NCBI GenBank assembly: GCA_040767965.1
Contig: JAXGNR010000005.1
Coordinates: 32,001-96,000 of the forward strand
Source: Atribacterota bacterium
GTDB lineage: Bacteria; Atribacterota; Phoenicimicrobiia; Phoenicimicrobiales; Stramentimicrobiaceae
Direction of reading: 5' to 3'
Length of the DNA: 64,000 bases
Part shown: one piece after another, positions 10,703 to 20,499 of the stretch
Layout of the letters: every line of letters starts with the position of its first letter
Numbering within the stretch: position 1 is the first letter of the stretch
Notes under the pieces: generated by a model
Told to the model about the DNA's origin: nothing
The model's input: only the letters and a program-made list of their open reading frames with translations
Database searches by the model: none
Program-made: the position numbers and the translations under genes

Positions 10703-11146
10703 TTATATTTTTAAATTTTGGATTTCATTAAATCTTTGTACATAAATATATTTTTGTACTTTCAGCAAGATAAGGGCTGTGCGGGGATCTTCCAGAAATT
10801 CCCTCAAATCAGGAAAACGTGCAAGATAAAGCTCCGAGAAGGGTTGTTTCCCAACTGTTTCCCCTTTTGCTATTATGGTTAAAGCCACAGCATCTTCAAA
10901 ATTTTTCAGATTATTCTTACGGTTATCAACAAGTAGTGAAATAAGAGGATATTTTTGGATATTATCATATTTTATAGTATCCTTGGCGGTTGCAAAAATA
11001 ATAAACTGAAGGTCTTTGGAATAAGCAAAAGCAACCAGGGAGCCATGAGGTTGTTTTTTACCCCGGGTTGCTAGCACAGCAAGTTTTTGATTTGAGAGAA
11101 GGTCAGTTATTTTTTCTCTTAATTGTAATTTAGAATTTTCTGACAA
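10703..11146 (-). CDS. Pyridoxamine 5'-phosphate oxidase family (FMN-binding split barrel) protein
   Basis: LAVLAT...PHGSLVAF...IIFAT...TIKYDNI...ISLLVDNR. Confidence 0.85.
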   Translation of the reverse strand: MSENSKLQLREKITDLLSNQKLAVLATRGKKQPHGSLVAFAYSKDLQFIIFATAKDTIKYDNIQKYPLISLLVDNRKNNLKNFEDAVALTIIAKGETVGKQPFSELYLARFPDLREFLEDPRTALILLKVQKYIYVQRFNEIQNLKI

Positions 11147-11440
11147 ATAAGATCATTCCTTTTTTATTGGGGTATAGAAATTTTAAATATTTTGTATTAA
11201 TATTTTATCATAATCTGGAGTTTTAAAGTGAAAATTGCCTTTTAATTCATTATAAAAATAAGAAAAAACATTTTAATAATTATGGTATAATAGCAAATCA
11301 AATTAATAGAATTTTTTTTATAGGGTAAATAATTATACTAAGAAATTAAGAAACAAAAAATGGAAGATTATTTTTAGTATATTCACTTTTTGTTAATAGA
11401 TTATAGACAATATTGATTTTAGAAGAGAAAGTTATAAAAC

Positions 11441-11878
11441 ATGAATGAATCAGTTAATATAGACACTATTAAGGAATTATGGTCTAAAACATATAACACA
11501 GAGGGAAATCCTGACTGGTCGCATATTCTTCCCTATTATGATAAGAATATATATTTCAGGGATTCGATCCAGGAAATTCTCGGAATAGAAGAATTTACTG
11601 CAATGACTAAACGCCTGGCAAAACGTTCGAAAGACCTAAAAATGAATATTGTCAATGTAATGATGGAATCCAATCTAGTTTTTTTAGAATGGGAAATGAC
11701 CATTCAATACAAGAAAAATCCAAGTTCTATATTATACGGAACTAGTAGGCTGACATTTAATAAAGAAGGAAAAATCGTAGAGCAAAGGGATTATTATGAT
11801 TTGTGGGGAGATACATTTGACAATATTCCCCGATTCGGTAAAGCATACAGGAAGTTTATGAGGAAGAAATTTGGATAA
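11441..11878 (+). CDS. SnoaL-like / NTF2 family protein
   Basis: YDKNIYFRDSIQ, VFLEWEM, GKIVEQRDYYD. Confidence 0.85.
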   Translation: MNESVNIDTIKELWSKTYNTEGNPDWSHILPYYDKNIYFRDSIQEILGIEEFTAMTKRLAKRSKDLKMNIVNVMMESNLVFLEWEMTIQYKKNPSSILYGTSRLTFNKEGKIVEQRDYYDLWGDTFDNIPRFGKAYRKFMRKKFG

Positions 11879-11890
11879 TATAAATATTAG

Positions 11891-12856
11891 ATGAAAAGAA
11901 ACAGGAAAATATTTCAATATTTTAAAGAATATCATTGGTCAAATATATTTGCTATGATCAGAAATTGTCGGTTGGTTCCAGAAATTTGTAAAGAAGATTT
12001 TAAAAGTAAACTTGTTGTTATAACCGGAGCCACGTCGGGAATTGGTTACCATACTGCTAGAAAATATGCTGCCCACGGCTCAGATTTGTTGTGTATTAAT
12101 CGGAATTTGCAGAAATCGGAAGATCTTCGTAAGGAAATAGAAAATGAATTTAATGTTCAATGTGATTACAAAATAGCCGACTTAAGCAGGTTAAAAGATA
12201 TCATTCAGGTTTCAAAAGAGCTGTCTCAATTAATTAGACCTATCGATGTACTCATTCATAATGCAGGTATATACCTGACAAAAAAAGAAATTACCCCTGA
12301 TGGGTTTGAAAAGGTTTTTGCCGTACACTATCTTTCCTCCTTTATTATGAATTTTATTTTAAAAGAAAAACTGAAAGCCCAGGAAAATGCCCGGATTATT
12401 ATGGTAAATTCAGAAGGACATAGGTTTGCAATTTGGGGGATACATCTTGATGATCTTAATTGGGAAAAACACAGATATTCAGGATTAAAAAGTTATGGGT
12501 CGGCTAAAACAGCGCAGCTCTTGTCTATGATTAAGTTTAATAAAATTTTTAATAACACAGGTGTTACAATTAATTGTATGCATCCTGGAGCCGTTAAAAC
12601 AGGTACTGGTCAGGAGAATGGACCTTTTTATCGATGGTTTAAAAAGAATTTTTTTGATAAGCTATTACAATCGCCTGATATTTCAGCAGTAGCTTTATAC
12701 TATCTAGGAGTATCCAAAAATCTGGAAGGAGTAAGTGGAAAATTTTTTAACTTAACTACAGAAGAAATACCAGCCCCACCAGCTATGGATAAGGAAATTG
12801 CATATGATCTTTGGGAAAAAAGTATAGAGATAGCAGGGTTGCAAGAAATTTCTTAG
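11891..12856 (+). CDS. Short-chain dehydrogenase/reductase (retinol-DH/WWOX-like)
   Basis: TGATSGIG, HNAG, YGSAK, HPGAVKT motifs. Confidence 0.9.
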   Translation: MKRNRKIFQYFKEYHWSNIFAMIRNCRLVPEICKEDFKSKLVVITGATSGIGYHTARKYAAHGSDLLCINRNLQKSEDLRKEIENEFNVQCDYKIADLSRLKDIIQVSKELSQLIRPIDVLIHNAGIYLTKKEITPDGFEKVFAVHYLSSFIMNFILKEKLKAQENARIIMVNSEGHRFAIWGIHLDDLNWEKHRYSGLKSYGSAKTAQLLSMIKFNKIFNNTGVTINCMHPGAVKTGTGQENGPFYRWFKKNFFDKLLQSPDISAVALYYLGVSKNLEGVSGKFFNLTTEEIPAPPAMDKEIAYDLWEKSIEIAGLQEIS

Positions 12857-12890
12857 TATAAATATTATTGGAATCTGTTAGAATTAATTA

Positions 12891-14516
12891 ATGAATGAAA
12901 ATTATAAAATAGAAAATTTATATGATACGATTGTGGTTGGCGGAGGCATTGCCGGCTTGACCGCCACTGCTTACCTGGCACACTCAGGCCAAAAAGTCTT
13001 GCTTGTTGAAAAAAATAAAGAGTGCGGAGGTCTGGTAAATACTTTGAGTCGTGACGGATTTCATTTTGATGTTGGAGTAAGAGCCTTGATTAATGCTGGA
13101 ATAATTTTCACAATGCTGAAGGATCTGAACATCAACCTTGAAGTCGTCAAGAGCCCTGTATCTCTGGGCATTGAAAAAGAAATTATACATATTAAAAATC
13201 TTGCAAGCTTATCGGAATACCAGGAACTTCTGAAAAAATTCTACCCGGAAAGCAATAACGAAATTGATGATCTTATAAAGGTCATACGGAAGATAATTAA
13301 GCACATGGATGTGCTTTATGGAATTGAAAATCCAGTTTTCAAAGATCTGAAACGAGACATGAATTTTCTTTTTCATAAAATTCTCCCCTGGTTCCCAAAA
13401 TTCATTCTTACTGTCTGGAAAATAAATCACATGAATATGCCTGTAGAAGACTACCTAAAAACAATTGTAAAAGACCCATCTTTAAGAGACATGGTTATCC
13501 AGCATTTTTTTAAGAATACACCCTCCTTTTTTGCATTAAGTTACTTCTCTTTATACCTGGATTATTTTTATCCCAAGGGTGGAGTAGGTAAGTTATCAGA
13601 AGCGATTGAAAAAAAGATATTGTATTTTGGATTAAAAATAAAGAAAGAAACCAAAATTACACTTGTATATCCTAAAAAGAATCTTTTGAAAGACGAACAA
13701 GGCGTGAGTTATCAATATAAAAATTTAATATGGGCTGCCAATCTGAAGACACTCTATAAAATAACTGAAATAGGAAATGTTTCAGCGGCTATAAAAAGAA
13801 AGATAAATAAGACTAAAGAGAGGATGCTGATAAACAGAGGAGGAGATTCTGTTTTTACCCTTTTTATCGAAGTTGATGAGCCGCTTGAAAGTTTTGGAAA
13901 GATTGCCCATGGACATTTTTTTTATACACCTTCAAAAAAAGGATTAGGAGAAACACACCGTGAAGAGCTGAATAAACTATTAAGAAATTTTCCCCAGGTT
14001 AGTAAAAACCAAATACTAGAATGGTTGGATAAATTTACTACTTTAAATACCTATGAAATCTCAATTCCCGGTCTTAAGGATAATGAATTAGTTCCCACAG
14101 GGAAAACTGGCGTGATTATCAGTTGCCTTGCTGAATATAATCTTTTTAAAAAGATTCAACAAGCAGGCTGGATTGGAGAGTTTACATCAGAACTGGAGAA
14201 TCATATTATCAAAGTGCTATCAGATACTATTTATCCAATGTTAAAGGAAAAAGTTATTGCTCGTTTTTCACTGACGCCTTTGAGTATTGAGAATCGAATC
14301 GGAAGTTCTGAAGGAGCGATTACCGGTTGGGAATTTCAGAAGTCTATGCCGGTTATAAACAATATCTTATTCTCGAATAGATCTGTTGTAACACCTATTC
14401 CTTCTGTTTATCAGGCAGGCCAATGGGTTTATAGTCCGGCAGGGGTTCCCATGTCTATTCTTACTGGTAAAATAGCAGCCGATAAGATAGTTAAAGCAAG
14501 AAAATCCTCTTGTTAA
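12891..14516 (+). CDS. FAD-dependent oxidoreductase, phytoene desaturase/CrtI-like family
   Basis: VVGGGIAGL...EK...GG...RDGFHFDVG; YPKGG; C-terminal YQAGQW..PAGVP...LTGKIAA. Confidence 0.85.
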   Translation: MNENYKIENLYDTIVVGGGIAGLTATAYLAHSGQKVLLVEKNKECGGLVNTLSRDGFHFDVGVRALINAGIIFTMLKDLNINLEVVKSPVSLGIEKEIIHIKNLASLSEYQELLKKFYPESNNEIDDLIKVIRKIIKHMDVLYGIENPVFKDLKRDMNFLFHKILPWFPKFILTVWKINHMNMPVEDYLKTIVKDPSLRDMVIQHFFKNTPSFFALSYFSLYLDYFYPKGGVGKLSEAIEKKILYFGLKIKKETKITLVYPKKNLLKDEQGVSYQYKNLIWAANLKTLYKITEIGNVSAAIKRKINKTKERMLINRGGDSVFTLFIEVDEPLESFGKIAHGHFFYTPSKKGLGETHREELNKLLRNFPQVSKNQILEWLDKFTTLNTYEISIPGLKDNELVPTGKTGVIISCLAEYNLFKKIQQAGWIGEFTSELENHIIKVLSDTIYPMLKEKVIARFSLTPLSIENRIGSSEGAITGWEFQKSMPVINNILFSNRSVVTPIPSVYQAGQWVYSPAGVPMSILTGKIAADKIVKARKSSC

Positions 14517-14625
14517 TAAATATAGCATAACTTTAAGATGTGGGATAACAAAAATAGTCAAAAAATAATATTTCTGTAAAATAAAGTATTCAAAAAAGTT
14601 AAATTAAAATTAACCAAACATTTAT

Positions 14626-14653
14626 TTGACAAATCACTTGAATAAGGTATAAT
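14626..14653 (+). promoter_or_regulatory. Consensus sigma70 promoter for the RRM gene
   Basis: TTGACA-N16-TATAAT. Confidence 0.7.
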
Positions 14654-14847
14654 AGATTGATACTTAAAGATAATTATTGTTCTATTTTAAAATAGAATAG
14701 TAATTATCAGCCTTCTAGACTGGAAAGAACTGAAAGAATAGAGGGTTTATCAACAGTAATAAATAATATAGAGATTTTTTAATCTTGCAATCGCTTACCT
14801 CTAATTTAAATGTTACTGAAGAAATATTTTAAAAGGAGGTAAAAAAT

Positions 14848-15120
14848 ATGCAAGGAAGCAAACTATACGTAGGTAACTTAAACTATTCTGTAACTAACGA
14901 ACAATTAGAAGAACTTTTCACTAATCATGGCACTGTTAAAAGTGTTAATATAATCCAGGGCAAAGGTTTTGGATTTGTGGAAATGTCTTCTTCTGAAGAA
15001 GCTAGCAAAGCAAAAGATGCTTTACATGATACCGATTTTAATGGTCGCCCATTAAAGATTGACGAAGCTAAGCCGCAGCAACCCAGAAGAGATTTTAATG
15101 ATAGTAGAAGACGCTATTAA
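14848..15120 (+). CDS. RRM-domain RNA-binding protein
   Basis: RNP2 LYVGNL and RNP1 KGFGFVEM; RBS AAGGAGGT. Confidence 0.95.
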   Translation: MQGSKLYVGNLNYSVTNEQLEELFTNHGTVKSVNIIQGKGFGFVEMSSSEEASKAKDALHDTDFNGRPLKIDEAKPQQPRRDFNDSRRRY

Positions 15121-15138
15121 TTGTAGTTGTGAATAATG

Positions 15139-15173
15139 AAAACCCCTTTAGCGGTAAAGCTTAAGGGGTTTTT
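15139..15173 (+). terminator. Rho-independent terminator
   Basis: AAAACCCCTT / AAGGGGTTTT stem followed by a T-run, just after the RRM stop. Confidence 0.8.
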
Positions 15174-15373
15174 CTATTTGAAATAAATAAATAACTAAAG
15201 ATATCATTAAATATCTTTTATTCTGCCCAAAACCACCCGAAATATATCAAAAAATATATAATAGCAAATGTTTATATCAGTCTTCCAGACAGTAAATGAT
15301 TATTTTCTTAAAATAGAGTTAAAAAATATATTATTGCATAAAATATAAGGATAGGCTCCCGGAGAAATAAGTT

Positions 15374-16387
15374 ATGAAATTTAATCAAGTATATGATACT
15401 GATGACCTTACTTTCAATCCAACTACTAGTGTATTTAAGGAAATAGAAATGAAAGAACCAATTAATGAGAAAGCGAAAATTAAAAGAGCTAAGAATAAAA
15501 ACAAGGCCAAAAAGATTTCTTTCTTTGAAAAAGATTCTATTTCTATTGATAATAATATGCAGCAGGATGACCCGGTTAAGACGTATCTAAAGGAAATTAG
15601 CAAAATTAAATTATTAACCAAAAAAAGGGAAATTGAATTAGCCAAGCAAATTAAAGAAGGAGATGAAGAGGCTAAAAAAATTCTCGCTAAATCAAATTTA
15701 AGATTAGTCGTAAGTATTGCCAAACATTATACAGGCAAGGGACTCTTTTTCTTGGACCTGATTCAAGAAGGAAACATAGGATTAATTAAAGCGGTTGAAA
15801 AATTCGACTATAGGCGTGGCTATAAATTTAGTACATATGCCACATGGTGGATTAGACAAGCTATTACCCGTTCAATTGCTGATCAGGGAAGGACAATACG
15901 TGTTCCTGTGCATATGGTGGACATGATCCACAAGGTGGCAAGAATATCAAAGCTTTTAATACAGGATTTGGGTAGAGAGCCGTCAGTTGAGGAGATTGCC
16001 GAAGAGATGGAGTTGCCATCAGAAAAAATTAGGAGAATCATTAAAATAGCTCAACATCCAATTTCGCTGGAGAGTCCAATTGGTAAAGAAGATGATAGAA
16101 ATTTAGGAGATTTCATTGAAGATGAAGATTCCCCGGAACCTCTGAAAATTGCTGGAGATACTTTATTAAGAGAACAGCTGGAAAAAGTTCTAAAATCTTT
16201 AACACCAAGAGAAAAGCAAATTTTGGAATTAAGGTTCGGTATAGCCGGGGGACATCCCCATACCCTGGAAGAAGTCGGTAAAGATTTTGGCTTGACACGT
16301 GAAAGAATTAGGCAAATTCAGGATAAAGCAATTAGGAGATTAAGACATCCAAAACGTAGTGGAAAGTTACAAGATTATCTTGATTAA
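15374..16387 (+). CDS. RpoD/SigA-like sigma-70 factor
   Basis: [10 protein letters not shown] (1.2), [10 protein letters not shown] (2.1), [26 protein letters not shown] (2.3/2.4), TLEEVG...TRERIRQI (4.2). Confidence 0.92.
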   Translation: MKFNQVYDTDDLTFNPTTSVFKEIEMKEPINEKAKIKRAKNKNKAKKISFFEKDSISIDNNMQQDDPVKTYLKEISKIKLLTKKREIELAKQIKEGDEEAKKILAKSNLRLVVSIAKHYTGKGLFFLDLIQEGNIGLIKAVEKFDYRRGYKFSTYATWWIRQAITRSIADQGRTIRVPVHMVDMIHKVARISKLLIQDLGREPSVEEIAEEMELPSEKIRRIIKIAQHPISLESPIGKEDDRNLGDFIEDEDSPEPLKIAGDTLLREQLEKVLKSLTPREKQILELRFGIAGGHPHTLEEVGKDFGLTRERIRQIQDKAIRRLRHPKRSGKLQDYLD

Positions 16388-16700
16388 AAACAAACACTGA
16401 AGAATAAGTCATATTATAAGTATCTAGCAAAAATCCTTCTTATATTCACTTCTTGTATCAACAATATTTCTAATAAATCTTTAAAGTAATTTTATTATAT
16501 TATGCTTAAAGGAATTAGATTTCTTTGAAGTATCTTAGTTTAGATGTCTTAAATAATATTAAGGTTGAAAAATGGAAATTATGCTAAAATGACAAAAAAG
16601 AAATATTTTTGAATATCCGGTAATTATAGAAATTGAAGACTTATATTAATATGAGTGGTTTTGTAATTTATGGAACAAAAAGTAAAAGGAAGAACAATTA

Positions 16701-17369
16701 ATGGTTAAAAGAAAAGAAATATTTGAAGAGCTTCATTCAGTTATTTCCAGCAAGACACTTGATGCCATACTGCCACCTTTAATTTTTGTGTTGTTTAATA
16801 ACATAGCAGGGCTGGATTTGGCTGTGATGGCCTCTATAGTTTTTGCATTAATATTTGCAATAATTCGCCTTGTCAGGAAACAGGAGTGGAAATATGCCCT
16901 GGGTGGCCTGGTTGGAGTTGTACTGGCATCAGGATTAGCTTATTTAACCAGAAACCCGGTTCTTTATTTTATTGGACCTGTTTTAAGTAGTGGATTACTT
17001 TTTGTTTTGGCTGCGGCAAGCTTGCTAACCGGCAAGCCTCTGGCTGCCTGGACCAGCCATTTAAGCCGTGGATGGCCTCTGGAGTGGTATTGGCGCAAGG
17101 ATATAAAGCCGGCATATCGTGAGGTAACATGGTTTTGGACGGGATTAATTATGATTCGTTTATTGGTGCAAATATTTCTATTAAGAATTGGTGATGTAGC
17201 AACAATAGCCTGGGTTAATATCTTGCTGGGATGGCCTTTAACTTTATTCGTATTAATTTTCACTTATATTTATGGTATCTGGCGTTTGCATCAACTTGAA
17301 GGTCCAGGAATAGAGGAGTACAAAGAAGGGAAAAATGCTCCCTGGATAGGACAAACCAGAGGGTTTTAG
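16701..17369 (+). CDS. DUF3159-like integral membrane protein
   Basis: Multiple TM segments; DAILPPLIF, W...AYREVTWFW, LGWPL pattern. Confidence 0.7.
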   Translation: MVKRKEIFEELHSVISSKTLDAILPPLIFVLFNNIAGLDLAVMASIVFALIFAIIRLVRKQEWKYALGGLVGVVLASGLAYLTRNPVLYFIGPVLSSGLLFVLAAASLLTGKPLAAWTSHLSRGWPLEWYWRKDIKPAYREVTWFWTGLIMIRLLVQIFLLRIGDVATIAWVNILLGWPLTLFVLIFTYIYGIWRLHQLEGPGIEEYKEGKNAPWIGQTRGF

Positions 17370-17395
17370 TTAGCAATTATAAGGAGTTTTCAGCT

Positions 17396-18115
17396 ATGAA
17401 TATGAAAAATAAAAAACATTTATGCTTGGCAATAGGGCTAATAATATTTTTTATAATGTCCTGGGTAAACACTACTATTAATCTGGCTTCTGAAGAGAAG
17501 AATGTTTTACCGGAAGGATTTGTCTATATTGACGAATTGGTTCCAGATGTTATTCTGGATGTCAGATATTTCTCAAATGATAATTTTGTTGGAAATCGAA
17601 TAGACGGGTACCTTGCACCCAGGATAATATTAACAATAGAAGCAAGCAGGGCATTAGCAGCAGTTGCAGCTGAACTTAGAGAGCATGATTTGGCCTTAAA
17701 AATATTTGATGGTTATCGTCCCCAGCAGGCTGTTAACCATTTTATCCGATGGGCTGCTGATGTAGAGGATAAAAAAATGAAAGATAAATATTATCCTGAA
17801 GTAAATAAAAAAGACCTTTTTCGTTTAGGTTATATTGCTAAAAAGTCAGGACATTCAAGAGGAAGTACTGTTGATCTAACTCTAATTAATGTTAATACAG
17901 GTAAAGAGTTGGATATGGGAAGTGGTTTTGACTTTTTTGGGGAAATATCTCACCATAATACAAATTTAATTTCCAGGGAACAGCTTAAAAACAGGGCAAT
18001 ACTTAAAGCAACTATGGAAAAGTACGGTTTTATACCTTACTCTGGAGAATGGTGGCATTATACCTTAGGAAGTGAACCTTATCCTGATACTTATTATGAT
18101 TTTCCAGTTCAATGA
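17396..18115 (+). CDS. ddpX: D-Ala-D-Ala dipeptidase (M15D, VanX/DdpX family) with N-terminal signal/anchor
   Basis: DGYRPQ, SGHSRGSTVD (SxHxxGxxxD) and EWWH motifs. Confidence 0.88.
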   Translation: MNMKNKKHLCLAIGLIIFFIMSWVNTTINLASEEKNVLPEGFVYIDELVPDVILDVRYFSNDNFVGNRIDGYLAPRIILTIEASRALAAVAAELREHDLALKIFDGYRPQQAVNHFIRWAADVEDKKMKDKYYPEVNKKDLFRLGYIAKKSGHSRGSTVDLTLINVNTGKELDMGSGFDFFGEISHHNTNLISREQLKNRAILKATMEKYGFIPYSGEWWHYTLGSEPYPDTYYDFPVQ

Positions 18116-18125
18116 AGATTGTCAA

Positions 18126-18139
18126 AAGAACCGTCCCCG
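18126..18139 (+). repeat. 14-bp dispersed motif (AAGAACCGTCCCCG), copy 2
   Basis: Flanked by TTGTCA/TGACAA arms; exact inverted copy at 2615-2628. Confidence 0.55.
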
Positions 18140-18182
18140 TGACAACCTTGACAAAATTGAAATATTAGAGGGAGTGAAATAT

Positions 18183-19901
18183 ATGAAAGTTGTGATTGTA
18201 GGTGGTGTTGCTGGCGGGGCTTCTGCTGCTGCCAGACTAAGAAGACTGGATGAAAAAGCAGAAATAATTATTATTGAAAGAGGGAAATATATTTCTTATG
18301 CCAACTGTGGATTGCCTTATTACTTAAGTGGTCTTATTGAAAAGAAAGAAGATTTAATAGTTAACACTCCTGAGTTGTTAAAGAAGCGCTTTAATCTGGA
18401 CATACGTACAAATCAGGAAGTACTGCAAATAAAAAGAACCGGAAAAACTGTTGCTATCCACGATAAAATTAGTGGAAAGTTATATGAAGAAAATTATGAC
18501 AAATTAATTTTATCTCCAGGAGCTAAACCATTTCATCCCCCAATAAAAGGACTTGACTCTAATAAAGTATTCAGCCTAAGAGATATTCCTGATGCCCTGG
18601 CTATTAAAGAATTTATTGATTCCAAAAAGCCTGAACGGATTGTTCTGTTTGGAGCTGGTTATATTGGAATTGAAATTGCCGAAAATCTTAAAAAGGCAGG
18701 AGTTTTTGTTAGTATCATTGAACTGATGCCGCAGGTATTAGGGCCTCTTGATTATGAGATGGCTACTTTGGTTCATCAACATCTCAGAGAGAATGATGTT
18801 GAATTTTATCTGGAAGACCCGGTGCAATTTATTGAACATAGAGAGAATTGTCAAATATTGGGTTTGGCTAGTGGGAAAAAAGTAAGAACAGATATGATTA
18901 TTATGGGTGTGGGGGTGAGACCTGAAAACACTTTAGCCAAGGAGTCCGGTTTGGAAATTGGAGTAACTGGAGGAATAAAGGTTAATAAATTTTTAGAAAC
19001 ATCAGATCCGGATATTTATGCTGTTGGTGATGCCATTGAGGTTGAGGATTTTATTGATCAATGTCCTTCGCTTATACCTCTTGCCGGTCCAGCCAACAAA
19101 CAGGGGAGAATTGCCGCAAATAATATATTAGGAGTCAGGGAAATGTATTCTGGCACCCAGGGAAGTTCTATTATAAAAGTTTTTGATATGACTATAGCTA
19201 CAACAGGAAATAATGAAAAGGTGTTAAAGAAAAAAGATATTTCCTATTTAAAATCATACACTCATTCACCTTCACATGCAGGATATTATCCGGGTGCAGA
19301 ACCAATATCTCTTAAGTTATTATTTTCTCCAAATGGTCAGATATTAGGTGCCCAGGCTGTAGGTAAAGAAGGAGTAGATAAGAGAATTGATGTTATAGCT
19401 ACAGCAATCAGAGCTGGTATGAAGGTATCTGATCTGGAAGAACTGGAATTGTGTTATGCTCCACCATATAATAGCGCTAAAGATCCGGTTAATATGGCCG
19501 GTTATGTTGCCAATAATATTTTAAAAGGAGATGTGGAGATATTTCATTGGAATGAATTAAACCAGTATCAACCGGAAATGGTAATTATTCTTGACGTAAG
19601 AAAGAATGACGAATGTCAGGAAGGAATGATTTCAGGTGCAATTAATATTCCGCTGGATGAGTTAAGAGAAAGGTTGAATGAACTGGATCGAAATAAAACA
19701 ATTTTAATCTATTGTCAGGTTGGATTGAGAGGATATTTAGCCTATCGCCTATTGAAGCTGAAGGGATTTAAAAATGTTAAAAATCTCAGTGGAGGTTATA
19801 AAACTTATTATCCAACAACATGCAGACAGGATAACTGCCCTCTCTACAGCTATGAAAAGATTTTAAAATCGGATATTCTGGAGGCTGAATCTAAAGATTA
19901 A
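18183..19901 (+). CDS. cdr: CoA-disulfide reductase with C-terminal rhodanese domain
   Basis: Start at MKVVIVGGVAGG (ATG 18183 after GGGAG); SYANCGLPY, GAGYIG, YAPPY; rhodanese YCQVGLRG. Confidence 0.9.
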   Translation: MKVVIVGGVAGGASAAARLRRLDEKAEIIIIERGKYISYANCGLPYYLSGLIEKKEDLIVNTPELLKKRFNLDIRTNQEVLQIKRTGKTVAIHDKISGKLYEENYDKLILSPGAKPFHPPIKGLDSNKVFSLRDIPDALAIKEFIDSKKPERIVLFGAGYIGIEIAENLKKAGVFVSIIELMPQVLGPLDYEMATLVHQHLRENDVEFYLEDPVQFIEHRENCQILGLASGKKVRTDMIIMGVGVRPENTLAKESGLEIGVTGGIKVNKFLETSDPDIYAVGDAIEVEDFIDQCPSLIPLAGPANKQGRIAANNILGVREMYSGTQGSSIIKVFDMTIATTGNNEKVLKKKDISYLKSYTHSPSHAGYYPGAEPISLKLLFSPNGQILGAQAVGKEGVDKRIDVIATAIRAGMKVSDLEELELCYAPPYNSAKDPVNMAGYVANNILKGDVEIFHWNELNQYQPEMVIILDVRKNDECQEGMISGAINIPLDELRERLNELDRNKTILIYCQVGLRGYLAYRLLKLKGFKNVKNLSGGYKTYYPTTCRQDNCPLYSYEKILKSDILEAESKD

Positions 19902-20212
19902 AAAAGGAATTAAATAAAATTAATACTTTTGTTAATTGAAAGAAAACTCTTTCTGCAAGACAATAGTTTGTATAGGTGAAATAACAGCAAATAAACGACT
20001 GTTAAACTTAAAAGTGCAAGAAATAAATATCAGGCGAGACTTTGAAGGATATTTTCTAGCGTAAAGTAACAAATATCTATTTCAGTTGACATAAGAAATA
20101 CTATTTTAAATACAAATCCTGTATTCAATACCTTATTTGGATAATTTAAATTTTCTTTGTTATAATAAAATTGAATAATGCCAATTAAAATTTTAGAAAG
20201 TTGGTGAAGAAA

Positions 20213-20383
20213 ATGGTTAAAAATAATTATGATATTTGGTATACCAGCCTATCATCAATTGAAAAGCTAGAGCTGCAGGATGAATTTAATTTCGATGATT
20301 GGGATTCATTGCCGTTTTCTCAAAAAAAAATCATTTATAACGAAGCTACAGGTAAAGAAACAGATGTATATGAACCAGACTAA
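20213..20383 (+). CDS. Small hypothetical protein (56 aa)
   Basis: Stand-alone ORF with TGTTATAAT upstream and GGTGA before ATG 20213; protein-like composition. Confidence 0.5.
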   Translation: MVKNNYDIWYTSLSSIEKLELQDEFNFDDWDSLPFSQKKIIYNEATGKETDVYEPD

Positions 20384-20499
20384 AATTAATTATAAAATGG
20401 TTAAACAATTGTAGCTTTTGGAGCATTGGCTATATAATAAAAAACATAAATAAAATTATCTATTAATTTATTGAAAAATATTAAAAGGATCTAAAAAGT

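Noticed and set aside
17396-18115. Vancomycin resistance locus
   Set aside because: A lone VanX-family dipeptidase with a signal/anchor; no vanH/vanA/vanRS in the window
18072-18182. N-terminal extension of the CoA-disulfide reductase ORF
   Set aside because: Overlaps the ddpX 3' end and the dispersed repeat; the Rossmann fold and an RBS point to ATG 18183
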